Both the position numbers and the translations under genes were made by a program. This document shows, piece by piece, positions 28,268 to 39,000 of a DNA stretch of 64,000 nt (the stretch's first letter is position 1; each line of letters starts with the position of its first letter). Origin of the DNA: Candidatus Latescibacterota bacterium (GTDB lineage: Bacteria > Latescibacterota > UBA2968); assembly GCA_965208125.1 (NCBI GenBank), contig OZ242320.1, positions 3,552,001 through 3,616,000 of the forward strand. The letters run 5' to 3'. The notes under the pieces were generated by a model. That model worked only from the letters and a program-made list of their open reading frames with translations, was not told the origin of the DNA and ran no database searches.

Positions 28268-29920
28268 ATGAATAGAAATAAATACATAAAAGTATGGCGA
28301 TACTTTCTGCTTGCGATTTGGATGGTTTGTGTCGTGTCCAGCGCGGGGGGAGAGGTGCGTGCGATTGTGAAGCGCGTGCAGGTTGAAGGTACGCGGTTTG
28401 TAAGTGCGCGTGATGTGCGAGGGTGGCTGGTTACGCGGGCGGGTGTTGCGGTAGATTCGGCGTTGTTGCGAAAGGATGTTCAGCGCATTTTGAAGGGGTA
28501 TCAGGCGCGTGGATTCTGGCAGGTGGCGGTGGCTTTTTCTATGCGTGAGAGCGACGCGGCAGTGGCGTTTGAGATTGTCGAAGGGGTGCGAACGCGGGTC
28601 GTGTCTGTGGAGGTGCGTGGTGATTTGATCTTTGATTCATCGGAGGCCTTTGGTCTTGCGCAGGGTATGGTGTTGCTGGAAAGTGATTTGAACCAGCGGT
28701 TGGATCATTTGTTGCGTTTTTATGAAAATCGGGGCTATCCGTTTTGCGCGTTGCGTCCAGATGTGCGATTTGACGGTGATAGCGCACGCGTGCAGGTGGT
28801 GGTGTCGCCCGGTCCTCTGGTGCATGTCGATGCGGTGCGTTTTGAGGGCAATGAAACGACGCGGGAAGATGTTTTGTTGCGGCATATTTCGTTTGTTGCG
28901 GGCGAGGTCTATGATCAGCGTCGCGTGAATGCTTTTGTGCGGCAATTGCAAAATTTGCCGTTTATTGACCGGGTTTATACGCCTGAACTCGTATCTACCG
29001 GTGATGAGATGGCTCTTGTGATCGATTTGGAGGAGTCGCGTCACACGCGCGTTGAAGGGGTGCTCGGTGTGGGGTCTGGACGGGGTTTGACCGGGGAGGT
29101 CGCGCTCGATGTTCTGAATTTTTCTGGTGGAGGACGAGAGGGGTACGCGCTGTGGTCGCGGCAGGGGGTGGGTTTGTCGAATTTGCGCGTTTCGTATCGC
29201 GAACCCTATATTTTAAATAGTCCGCTTTCTGGTTGGGGTGCGGTGGAGATGGTTGCGCGCACAGGGTATGTGACGCATAAGTTTGGGGGGGGCGCAGATG
29301 TTGCTGTGGGTGAGGGTGCACGGTTTTTTGGCGGTGTTGCACACAGGCGCGTTTTGCCCGATTCCGCAGGGTTGGGATTCTTCGAGGCTGAGAGGATGTG
29401 GTCTCTCGAGTCGGGTGTTCGGTTTGATCGGCGAAGGCAGGCCCTGGGCGGTTGGAAAGCGGAGGTCAGGGGAGAGGTTGGCGAGGTTTCTGATGGGATC
29501 AGGCGCGTGCAGTGGGGGGTTGATGGTCAGGTGTTTTTGCCCGTGGGCAGGCAGTCTGTTGTTGTGGGACGGGCGCGCGCTTTTTGGGTGGGACAAGAGG
29601 GGGATGTGCCGCAGTCTGCTGGCATCTGGCTGGGGGGTGCACAATCGCTGCGGGGCTATCGGGAAGAGATGTTTTGGGGAACGAATGCGGGGTGGGTTAA
29701 TGTGGAATGGCGGTGGTTGTTGGGGCCGAAAGCGCGACTTTTTGCTTTTGTCGATGCGGGAAGGATTGCGGGAGCAGGGTCGCGTTCATGGCCCGTGTCC
29801 TATGGCGTGGGGCTTTTGGCAAATGGACGGATGGGCGCAGTTGGGATAGATTATGGTTTGCCACGGGGCGAGAGTCTGGGGCAAGGTATGGTACATGTGC
29901 GGATGGTCAGTGCGTTTTAG
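28268..29920 (+). CDS. Omp85 (BamA/TamA) family outer-membrane protein with POTRA domains
   Basis: POTRA motifs (Y..RGY/F, FEGNETTREDVLLR), LGGAQSLRGY, C-terminal Phe. Confidence 0.85.
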   Translation: MNRNKYIKVWRYFLLAIWMVCVVSSAGGEVRAIVKRVQVEGTRFVSARDVRGWLVTRAGVAVDSALLRKDVQRILKGYQARGFWQVAVAFSMRESDAAVAFEIVEGVRTRVVSVEVRGDLIFDSSEAFGLAQGMVLLESDLNQRLDHLLRFYENRGYPFCALRPDVRFDGDSARVQVVVSPGPLVHVDAVRFEGNETTREDVLLRHISFVAGEVYDQRRVNAFVRQLQNLPFIDRVYTPELVSTGDEMALVIDLEESRHTRVEGVLGVGSGRGLTGEVALDVLNFSGGGREGYALWSRQGVGLSNLRVSYREPYILNSPLSGWGAVEMVARTGYVTHKFGGGADVAVGEGARFFGGVAHRRVLPDSAGLGFFEAERMWSLESGVRFDRRRQALGGWKAEVRGEVGEVSDGIRRVQWGVDGQVFLPVGRQSVVVGRARAFWVGQEGDVPQSAGIWLGGAQSLRGYREEMFWGTNAGWVNVEWRWLLGPKARLFAFVDAGRIAGAGSRSWPVSYGVGLLANGRMGAVGIDYGLPRGESLGQGMVHVRMVSAF

Positions 29921-29996
29921 TTTGTGTGACGCCTGCATGCGGAGTATATTTTGAGGCGCACGAAATTCGTATGCAATTATTCACGAGGAGAGTTTT

Positions 29997-31919
29997 ATGT
30001 TGAATAGGATTCGCATTATCATGCTGGTAATGCTTGCCGCGGGTCTCATGTGGAACTGTGGCGGTGAGCGCGGGTTGGAGCCTTCCGGGGTAGATGAGCA
30101 GATTGGACGTCCGCTGAGTAAAATGGCTGTAGCGGATGGGGGTATGTCTCAGGCGATTGTGGTGGCGACGGTGTCGCAAGATGACGCGCCTGTGGCAGGT
30201 GTGATGGTCGAGTTTGCGCGTTCTATTGCCGGGCAGGCACCCGATTATCAGTGGTCGGGTATGACCGATGATATGGGGCGCGTCACGGTGGAGATATCAG
30301 GTCAGGCGAGTGGATATTATCAGGCGCAGGCGTCTCAGGATGGCTCTGTGACGGGGCGCTGGTCGAGTATCCCGATTAACGGGGGCTATACGTCAACAGT
30401 TGCGTTGCCCATTGGTGGACAGGCGCAGGTGACGGGTACGTCTCGACTCATATCAGTTGGCCTTGTTGTGTCTCAAACGGGTCGGCTATCCGTGACTGGA
30501 CAGGGGTTTATCAATGGCTTTGAAATGGCTCTTGAAGAAGTGAATTCACAACTGAGTGATGCGACTTTGAGGTTTATTGTCGAGGATGATCGGAGCACTA
30601 TAGAAGGCGCGATTGCGGCGTATAATAAACTTATTCATAGAGACGGCGTGCCAGCCATTCTCGGTGTTTATACTTCTACTATAGTGCGCGCGGTATTTCC
30701 CATTGCGCAGGAAAATGAGGTTGTGGCGATCAGTCCTACTTCGGCCGCACGCGGCCTTAGCGCGATTGGCGATTTTGTCTTTCGCGTCGCCCTTACCGTT
30801 GATGCGCTGATCCCGGGGAGTGTAAAACTGACGCGGGAAAAACTGGGCTATGAGCGTGTGGCCACAATGTATCAAAGCATGGATGTTTTTTCGCAGAGTA
30901 GCGATGAGGTATTAAAGCAGGCCTTCAGTGAGAATGGCGTCGAGGTTCTGGGTACTGAGACTTTTGAAACCGGCGCTATGGATCTTTCCGAGCAATTTTC
31001 CCGGATTGTGGCGTTGAATCCAGATGCGATTTTTGTTTCGGCTTTGGCAACAGAGCGGGCACAGGCTCTGATTGATGGAGGACAACACGGCATTCCTATT
31101 CTGATTCCCCTGCTCACTATGGATGAGGTAGAACGCGCTGGAGAGGCAGCCGAAGGGGCAATTAGTTTTACGTCGTGGAGCAGTGCGGGTGATGTGCCGG
31201 CCAGTCGCGCCTTTGTTGAGAATTATATGGCGAAATACGGTGCCGAGCCGAGCCGATTCGCCGCCGCGTCCTACGCGACGGTTCATATTTTGGCAAAAGC
31301 GATTGCAGATGCCCAGTCCTCCGATTCGCGCGCAATTCGGGACGCATTGGCTCAGATCGAGAATTTGGATACGATTTTGGGTGCGTTTTCATTTGACGCC
31401 AATGGAGATGCGGTTTACGATCCGGCTGTTCTGATCGTCAAGGATGGAAAATTTGAGGTGTTTGATACAAAAACTGCCTTGGCGACAATCGGCGAGACGA
31501 ACGAAAGCGGTGTGGCCGGAAAAGCGGTTTTCACACAAATCGGCGATAATATCAAGCTCGTCATCTCGCTCTCTAATGCGTCCGCAGGTGAACACGCTGT
31601 CCATATCCACACAACTGGCGATTGCAGTGCGCCAGACGGGACATCGGCTGGTGGGCATTGGAATCCCACTGGCGTTGCACACGGAAAATGGGGAGAAGGT
31701 GAATTTCACCTCGGCGATATTGGCAATATGACCGTCGATGATCAAGGCATGGGGAAAATTGAATTGACGACAAATCTTTGGGAGATGAACACTGGCTCAG
31801 CCAAAGATATTGTTGGAAAAGCGATCATCGTCCATGCGGGTGCTGATGATTTTGTCTCACAACCTTCAGGCAATGCTGGTGCACGCATCGGTTGCGGTGT
31901 GATTGAGTTAGGACAGTAA
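29997..31919 (+). CDS. Lipoprotein fusion: Ig-like region + LivJ-type ABC substrate-binding domain + Cu/Zn superoxide dismutase domain
   Basis: Lipoprotein-like signal ending MWNC; IVEDDRS...ILG...FVFR (Peripla_BP_6); HAVHIH, SAGGHWNP, HLGDIGN, IIVH, GNAGARIGCGVI. Confidence 0.85.
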   Translation: MLNRIRIIMLVMLAAGLMWNCGGERGLEPSGVDEQIGRPLSKMAVADGGMSQAIVVATVSQDDAPVAGVMVEFARSIAGQAPDYQWSGMTDDMGRVTVEISGQASGYYQAQASQDGSVTGRWSSIPINGGYTSTVALPIGGQAQVTGTSRLISVGLVVSQTGRLSVTGQGFINGFEMALEEVNSQLSDATLRFIVEDDRSTIEGAIAAYNKLIHRDGVPAILGVYTSTIVRAVFPIAQENEVVAISPTSAARGLSAIGDFVFRVALTVDALIPGSVKLTREKLGYERVATMYQSMDVFSQSSDEVLKQAFSENGVEVLGTETFETGAMDLSEQFSRIVALNPDAIFVSALATERAQALIDGGQHGIPILIPLLTMDEVERAGEAAEGAISFTSWSSAGDVPASRAFVENYMAKYGAEPSRFAAASYATVHILAKAIADAQSSDSRAIRDALAQIENLDTILGAFSFDANGDAVYDPAVLIVKDGKFEVFDTKTALATIGETNESGVAGKAVFTQIGDNIKLVISLSNASAGEHAVHIHTTGDCSAPDGTSAGGHWNPTGVAHGKWGEGEFHLGDIGNMTVDDQGMGKIELTTNLWEMNTGSAKDIVGKAIIVHAGADDFVSQPSGNAGARIGCGVIELGQ

Positions 31920-32037
31920 TAGGAGACAGGCTGTAGAGTCTGTTACACGCTCACCACCACAGCCCGGATACCCGCGGCGAGTACTATTACTGTCACGCGG
32001 TGTTTGAGAACTACTATGACGAATCGCCTCTATAAAC

Positions 32038-32123
32038 AGAGTAGGTTATGGTTTGTTGGACCATTCCTGCTGTGTATGTTGCGTCAGAAGGCCACTGGCT
32101 GACTACCAATCCGACTGGGCCTT
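32038..32123. repeat. 86-bp direct repeat, copy 1
   Basis: 77/86 identical to 39458-39543 by manual alignment. Confidence 0.9.
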
Positions 32124-35100
32124 TTAAGGGCGTTTGATCCCCAGTTTTTTCATTTTGCTATACAGGGTAGAGGGTGGTAATCCCAGCAGTGCCGCTGCTC
32201 CCCTATCCCCACTTATCTGATAGTTGGTGATTTTGAGCACTTCAAGAATATAGTGTCGTTCATATTCGTCCAAAGGCACGACTTCGCGGTCCTGAGAAAC
32301 TGTCACGGTGTTCCTCTTACGATCAAGATCCGGGCCTTCGATTCGGAAACCATACGGTCCCAGATCACCCACTTCGATTTGCGAACCGCGACACACGATT
32401 ACGGCTCGCTGTATCGTATGTTCCAGTTCCCGCACATTGCCTGGCCAATCGCAGGTTTGCAACACCTCTATAACCTCTGGCGTCAAAGGGACTATTTGCT
32501 TGCCCAGGTGTGTGGCCATGCGATTTTTGAAAAACTCGGCAAGGTGTGGGATGTCCTCTCTGCGCTCGCGTAAGGGGGGGAGATAGATTGGAAAAACCTG
32601 GAAACGATAATACAGATCTTCGCGGAAAACACCTGCGCTAACCATATCCTCCAAATTGCGATTGGTCGCCGCCACAATGCGCGCCTGCACCGACAGCGTC
32701 TCGCTACCCCCAACGCGCTCATAAGTGCCCTCTTCCAGCAAGCGCAACATCCTGGCCTGTGTTCTCACAGCCATATCGCTGATTTCATCCAAAAAGAGCG
32801 TGCCGCCCTTAGCCAATTCTACCTTGCCCAATCTGCGAGACACTGCACTGGTAAACGCTCCTCGCTCGTGACCAAAAAGCTCACTGTCGATCAGCGTTTC
32901 AGGCAACGCTCCGCAGTTGACCTGGATAAAAGGACCATCGCTATTGGGACTCTGCGCGTGTAATACTCGCGCAGCTAATCCCTTACCCACACCCGTTTCG
33001 CCTATAATCAGCACGGACAGATCAGTGGGTGCTACCTTTCTGAGCTGGAATTGAAACTGTTGCAAAACCTCGCTTTGACCGATAAACTCGTTATCCCCCT
33101 GATTATTGAGTGTCGCCGTCAGGCCCTCAATACGCGGATCTGGCTCTACCGAGAGTTGAATCTGCGCCATCTCTGAGTAATTGAGGTCGCGATCTATCGC
33201 TTTGACCTGAAACGTGTAGTCTCCCGGCGGTAGATCCTGATAATAGGCCCGCATCTCTCGGGTCGCTGGTTGCCAGTCGGGGTCGTATCCTTCAAGACGA
33301 TAGACATAGAGCAAGTCGCGGGGGTGTGTGGAAAAACTCATCCCCTTATACTCGAAAATTACCTGTTGGTCTGTCGTGGACAATACGACTTCTTCTAAAT
33401 TCTCATAGACCTGATCGGCGACGACCTGAAGCAGACGAACTCTGGGCGTAGTCTGTCGCTTGCGGTAGCGCACCAGAGTGTTTTGGGCTGTACCGAAATA
33501 GAAGGCGCCATCGCGGTCTTCGAGTATTTTGAGCACCGGTCCTATGTGAGGTGATTTGATGGTCTGGAAAAGCTGGCCATCGTAGTGAACCACGCCTCCG
33601 TCTGTGCCAAGCCAGAGGTGACCTTGAGAGTCCTCAAGCAAGCAATGGATGCGGTTGCTCGGCAAACCGTCTTCAGTCGTGAAGGTCTGGAAGGTGCTAC
33701 CATCAAAACAGGCGAGACCGCCCTGGGTAGCCACCCACAGGTTGCCAGGGCGGTCTAATAGCAAGTCACTGACCCTGTCGTCGATCAGCCCGTCTTCAAC
33801 CCCGTAAAATTTGAGGTCATCTTTGGGATGCCAGCGGGCGAAGCCTTTGTCGAGGTCAGAGAAATGTTGGTGAACAAGATGAAAATAGACCTCGCCATTG
33901 CGCCCGGCAATCACAGTACCAATGTAGCTGCGAGGATCCTGATTTTTATCTTTTACAAAAATGGTTTGAAACTCTTCGCCCTGCTGATAAGTGAGCCTCA
34001 ATGGACTGGCAAAAAGGTCTCTTTTTCTTTTGTTTTTTTTATTTTTCCAATGACCAAAAAGAAATTGCCCTTCCCGATCCTGGGCAATTGCACAAATACT
34101 GCTTGAACCTGCGATTGTTTCTATTTTTTCTATCTTCTGCCCATCGTAGCGGAATAAGCCATTGATGCCGCCAAACCACAGATACCCGTCGTGGTCTTCG
34201 TAGATGGCAAAACAGTTATTGATATCAAAATCATCCTCAGGGTCTATCAGGTCAATGACCTTTCCATCAAAGCGAAAGACGCTATTGCTTTGATATTTAA
34301 AAACAGGAGACACAGACCCCACCCATATATCACCGCGACTATCTTGCACGATCTGCGAGATCTCACTCACGCTTTCAGAGACCCTTGCACTGAAGTCGAA
34401 AATGCTGATACTATGTGCATCGTAAAGGCCGACGCCACCCCAGGTAGCGAACCAATACTGATGATCGCGATCCTGGTACACGGCTTTGACTGCGGGATGA
34501 GGCAGACCATCGGCAGGGGTAAACCTGCTGAATCCATCACCGTCTTGATAGAGCACGCCTTCTGAAGTGCTAAACCACATCCGACCTGTACCGTCACTCT
34601 GAATGTTGCGCAGTGGGCTACCCAAATTTATCTCAACAGACTGAAAGGTGCCATCGACATGACACCAGAGTTCGTTTTCGCTTTCGTGCTGACCAACCCA
34701 CATCTTGCCGGTATCATCCTGCCCGACCGCATAGCTTATATCGCTTTGCGGAAAACCGTCTTTCTCTTCATAGCGATGGAAGGATGTGCCATCAAAGCGA
34801 ATGAGGTGGTTAAAGCCAAACCACAGATGACCTTCCGAGTCCTGGGCAATACCCCGACACTGTTTGCGCAAAGGTAGCGGCTCGTAGTGCTTAAGGTAGA
34901 GCGGCATCAGGTCGTGGAACACAGTGCCGTCGTAATATCCCAGGGTCCTGTGACCACCACACCATATACGCCCTTCACGGTCTTCGTAGATGAACTGCAC
35001 AGCGCGGTCTGCTATACTCTCGTCCTCCAGATGGTGGAAATTCGTCCCGTCGTACCAACAGACTCCATTTGCTGTACCGATCCACAACCGATTCTGACTG

Positions 35101-35318
35101 TCTTTTTGAACAAAATAAATACTATCATTAACAAGACCGTCCTGTTTAGTAAAATTCTGGAACTCGTCCCCTTCGAAGCGGCTGACACCATTGCCCCAGG
35201 TGGCGAACCAGAGATAACCTTCGCTATCCTCGGCGATGTGTTCAATGCGCATCCCGGCCAGACCATCGGCTATGGAATAGATCCGCCAGGTGCCTTTGCG
35301 GTTAAGTGATTTGAGCAT
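32124..35318 (-). CDS. Sigma54 enhancer-binding protein with Reg_prop beta-propeller + Y_Y_Y sensor, paralogue 1 (GAFTSA)
   Basis: Repeated EDS.G.LW.AT/DGL units; YVYRLEGYD...[11 protein letters not shown]; [26 protein letters not shown], Fis HTH. Confidence 0.9.
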   Translation of the reverse strand: MLKSLNRKGTWRIYSIADGLAGMRIEHIAEDSEGYLWFATWGNGVSRFEGDEFQNFTKQDGLVNDSIYFVQKDSQNRLWIGTANGVCWYDGTNFHHLEDESIADRAVQFIYEDREGRIWCGGHRTLGYYDGTVFHDLMPLYLKHYEPLPLRKQCRGIAQDSEGHLWFGFNHLIRFDGTSFHRYEEKDGFPQSDISYAVGQDDTGKMWVGQHESENELWCHVDGTFQSVEINLGSPLRNIQSDGTGRMWFSTSEGVLYQDGDGFSRFTPADGLPHPAVKAVYQDRDHQYWFATWGGVGLYDAHSISIFDFSARVSESVSEISQIVQDSRGDIWVGSVSPVFKYQSNSVFRFDGKVIDLIDPEDDFDINNCFAIYEDHDGYLWFGGINGLFRYDGQKIEKIETIAGSSSICAIAQDREGQFLFGHWKNKKNKRKRDLFASPLRLTYQQGEEFQTIFVKDKNQDPRSYIGTVIAGRNGEVYFHLVHQHFSDLDKGFARWHPKDDLKFYGVEDGLIDDRVSDLLLDRPGNLWVATQGGLACFDGSTFQTFTTEDGLPSNRIHCLLEDSQGHLWLGTDGGVVHYDGQLFQTIKSPHIGPVLKILEDRDGAFYFGTAQNTLVRYRKRQTTPRVRLLQVVADQVYENLEEVVLSTTDQQVIFEYKGMSFSTHPRDLLYVYRLEGYDPDWQPATREMRAYYQDLPPGDYTFQVKAIDRDLNYSEMAQIQLSVEPDPRIEGLTATLNNQGDNEFIGQSEVLQQFQFQLRKVAPTDLSVLIIGETGVGKGLAARVLHAQSPNSDGPFIQVNCGALPETLIDSELFGHERGAFTSAVSRRLGKVELAKGGTLFLDEISDMAVRTQARMLRLLEEGTYERVGGSETLSVQARIVAATNRNLEDMVSAGVFREDLYYRFQVFPIYLPPLRERREDIPHLAEFFKNRMATHLGKQIVPLTPEVIEVLQTCDWPGNVRELEHTIQRAVIVCRGSQIEVGDLGPYGFRIEGPDLDRKRNTVTVSQDREVVPLDEYERHYILEVLKITNYQISGDRGAAALLGLPPSTLYSKMKKLGIKRP

Positions 35319-35415
35319 AAAACCTCATGATACAGGTAAAAATTTTAGTTCGTAGTGGGGCTCCTTTCTAACTACTGAGAAGGTAACCGCCAAAACGGAT
35401 CAAGTCCACTAACAC

Positions 35416-35739
35416 TTACAAGTCCTCGACTCTTTCGTACTCATTACGGGCACGACGTAATAGTCCCGTCTTCTTAGTATCAACGACCGGACGAGCTTCC
35501 ACATTATTCGTAACGGACATTGCCAAAGCCACAACCCATCCAATAAACGTCCATCCAAGAAATAAATTGATTACCAGAATGGAGGCTCGGTTTCTATGGT
35601 ATCGAAAAAACGCAGTAATTGCCGGAGCGAAGTAAAGTGCCAGTAAGAGCACCAGAATAAACTGACCCATCCCGGTATTTAACAAAGTGTCCCTGAGATC
35701 TGACAACGCTAAATACAGCATTAATAAGTCATAATACAT
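35416..35739 (-). CDS. Superinfection immunity family (T4 Imm-like) membrane protein
   Basis: LYFAPAITA...HRNRASILVINLFLGWTFIGWVVAL signature; start codon uncertain. Confidence 0.85.
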   Translation of the reverse strand: MYYDLLMLYLALSDLRDTLLNTGMGQFILVLLLALYFAPAITAFFRYHRNRASILVINLFLGWTFIGWVVALAMSVTNNVEARPVVDTKKTGLLRRARNEYERVEDL

Positions 35740-35842
35740 ATCTAATTTCTCATCGTGTAGTTTGACAAGAAATAAACCGACAAGCCTCAAAACAGTTCAA
35801 ATTTTGGGTCACAGATCCTTCTTTGCGAAAGAACTTTAACTA

Positions 35843-35859
35843 TGCAATATCCGTGCCAA
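35843..35859 (-). promoter_or_regulatory. Sigma54 -24/-12 promoter for the imm-like gene
   Basis: Minus strand TTGGCACGGATATTGCA matches TGGCAC-N5-TTGC. Confidence 0.85.
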
Positions 35860-35966
35860 CGTGAATTTCTCACAAGATGTTTTTAATCATAAAGTATTAT
35901 TTATATTGAAGTAGTTAAAAAAGGAGATATGTAAATCAGTCCGAAATTTTATATTCCCAGTCACTG

Positions 35967-35997
35967 TATATCGCGATATTTGACCATATATCGTGAT
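35967..35997. promoter_or_regulatory. Candidate upstream activator sequences (two boxes, 20-bp period)
   Basis: TATATCGCGATAT (contains the palindrome ATATCGCGATAT) and TATATCGTGAT, 110-140 bp upstream of -24; related box at 39290-39302. Confidence 0.5.
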
Positions 35998-36027
35998 TGC
36001 CAATATTAAGAATATATGATGCACAAT

Positions 36028-39000
36028 TTAAGGAAGTTTGATGCCCAGTTTTCTCATTTTGCCATACAGGGTAGAAGGCGGTAATCCCAGCAGTGCCGCT
36101 GCTCCCCTATCCCCACTTATCTGATAGTTGGTGATTTTGAGCACTTCAAGAATATAGTGTCGTTCAAATTCATCCAAAGGCACGACTTCGCGGTCCTGAG
36201 AAACTGTCACGGTGTTCCTCTTACGATCAAGATCCGGGCCTTCGATTCGGAAACCATACAGTCCCAGTTCCCGCACTTTGATTTGCGAACCGTGACACAC
36301 GATTACGGCTCGCTGTATCGTATGTTCCAGTTCCCGCACATTGCCTGGCCAATCGCAGGTTTGCAACACCGCGATAACCTCTGGCGTCAAGGGAACTATT
36401 TGCTTGCCCAGATGTGTGGCCATGCGATGCTTGAAAAACTCAGCAAGGTGCGGGATATCCTCCTTGCGCTCGCGCAGGGGCGGTAGAAAAATTGGAAAAA
36501 CCTGAAAGCGATAATACAGATCTTCGCGGAAAACACCTGCGCTAACCATATCCTCCAAATTGCGATTGGTCGCAGCCACAATCCGCGCCTGCACTCTCAG
36601 CGTCTCGCTACCCCCAACGCGCTCAAATGTGCCCTCTTCCAGTAATCGCAACATCCTGGCCTGTGTTTGCGGAGCCATATCGCTGATCTCGTCCAAAAAG
36701 AGCGTGCCGCCCTTAGCCAATTCCACCTTGCCCAGCCTGCGAGACTCTGCGCCGGTAAACGCTCCTCGCTCGTGGCCAAAAAGCTCACTATCGATCAGCG
36801 TTTCAGGCAGTGCACCGCAGTTGACCTGTATAAAAGGTCCATTACAATAGTGACTCAGCGCGTGTAATACCCGCGCAGCCAATCCCTTTCCCACACCCGT
36901 TTCGCCTATAATCAGCACGGTTATATCAGTGGATGCCACCTCTATGAGTTTGTTTTGAAACTGTTGCAAAACCTCGCTCTGACCGATAAACTCGTTATCT
37001 CCCTGGTCATTGAGTGTCGCCGTCAGGCCCTCAATACGCGGATCTGGCTCTACCGAGAGTTGAATCTGCGCCATCTCTGAGTAATTGAGATCGCGATCTA
37101 TCGCCCTGACCTGAAACGTGTAGTCTCCTGGCGACAAGTTCCGGTAGTAGGCCTGCGTCTTTCGTGTCGCAGGCTGCCAGTCGGGGTCGTATCCTTCAAG
37201 ACGATAGACATAGAGCAAGTCGCGGGGATGGGTGGAAAAACTCATCCCCTTATACTCGAAAGTCACCTGTTGGTCTGTCGTAGAGGCGATGACTTCTTTC
37301 GGGTTTTCATAGACCTGATCGGCGACAACTTGAAGCAGAAGCACCCTGGGCGAGGTCTGTCGCTGGCGGTAGCGCACCAGAGAATTTTGGGCTGTGCCAA
37401 AATAGAAGTTTCCATCACGAGCTTCGAGTATTTTGAGAACCGATCCTATATGGGGTGACTTGATGGTCTGGAAAATCTGACCATCGTAGTGAGCCACACC
37501 TCCGTCTGTGCCAACCCAGAGATGGCCTCGCCGATCTTCAAGCAAGCAACGGATGCGGTTGCTCGGCAATCCGTCTTCAGTCGTGAAGCTCTGGAAGGTG
37601 CTACCATCAAAACAGGCGAGACCGCCCTGAGTAGCCACCCACAGGTTGCCATGGCGGTCTAATAGCAGGTCGTTGACATTGTGGTCTATCAGTCCATTTT
37701 CAATTCCATAAAATTTAAGACCATCTTCGGGATGCCAGCGCGCGAAGCCCTTGTCAGCGTCAGAGAAATTTTGGTGAATGAGATAAAAATAAAACTCACC
37801 GTTGTGCCCGGCAATCACCGTGCCAATGCGGCTGAAAGGATCTTTATTTTTCTTTTTCTCAAAAATGGTTTGGAACTGCTCGCCCTGCTGACAAATGAGC
37901 CTCAATGGGTGGACAAAAAGGTCTCTTCTTCTCTTTTTATTTTCGTTTTCCCAATGACCAAAAAGGAATCTCCCTTGCGAATCCTGAGCAATTGCACTGA
38001 TACTTCCCTCGCCTAAGCCTGCGGTTGGTTGCATTTTTTTCAGCTTCTTCCCATCGTAGTGGAACAAGCCATTAATGCCGCCAAACCACAGGTCCCCGTC
38101 GTGGTCCTCGTAGATAGCGAAACAGTTGTTGATATCAAAACCATCCTCTGTGCCTACAAAGGCAAAGTGCTCGCCATCAAAGCGAAAAATGCTTTTCTCC
38201 AGACGGTTGAGAAAGGGAACTGCATATCCGACCCATATATCATCCCGCCGGTCTTGCACGATATGCGAGATTTCACTCACTTCTCTGAATAATTCCGCAC
38301 TGAGGTCGAAAACGCTGATACTATGTGCATCGTAGAGCACGCCGCCGCCCCATGTGGCAAACCAATACTGATGTTCGCGATCATGGAATACAGCTTTGAC
38401 CGCGGGATGAGGCAGGCCATCGTCAGAGGTAAACCTGTTGAATCCATCACCATCCTGATAGAACACGCCTTGTGAAGTGGAAAACCACATCCGGCCTTCA
38501 CTGTCACACTGAATTTTGCGCAGTGTGCCCTCCAAATCTACCTGAACAGACTGAAAGGAGCCATCGGCATAGCACCAGAGTTTATTTTCGTATTCGCGAT
38601 AGCCGATCCACACCTTACCGGTGTGGTCCTGTCCCACAGCATAGCTCGTCAGAATGCGTGGCGGAAACCCCTCTTCCTCTTCATAGCGATGGAAGGATGT
38701 GCCATCGAAACGGATGAGGTAGTTAAAACCAAACCACATGTGGCCTTTCGGGTCCTGGGCAATTCCCCGGCACTGGTTGGGCCACTGAGGAGAAGGCGGC
38801 TGCTCGTAGTACTGAAGGTAGAGCGGAATCAGGTCGTGAAACACAGTGCCGTCGTAATACCCCAGAGTGCGATGACCACCACACCATATACGCCCCTCAC
38901 GGTCTTCGAAAATGAACTGCACAGCACGGCCTGCGATCCCCTCATCCTCCAGATGGTGGAAATCTGTTCCGTCATACCAGCAGACCCCATTTAATGTACC

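Noticed and set aside
31930-32034. Short open stretch (…HHHSPDTRGEYYYCHAVFENYYDESPL*) that may be a gene remnant
   Set aside because: No start codon or recognisable family; cannot be supported.
35416-35790. Prophage suggested by the superinfection immunity gene
   Set aside because: No phage structural, replication or integrase genes in the window.
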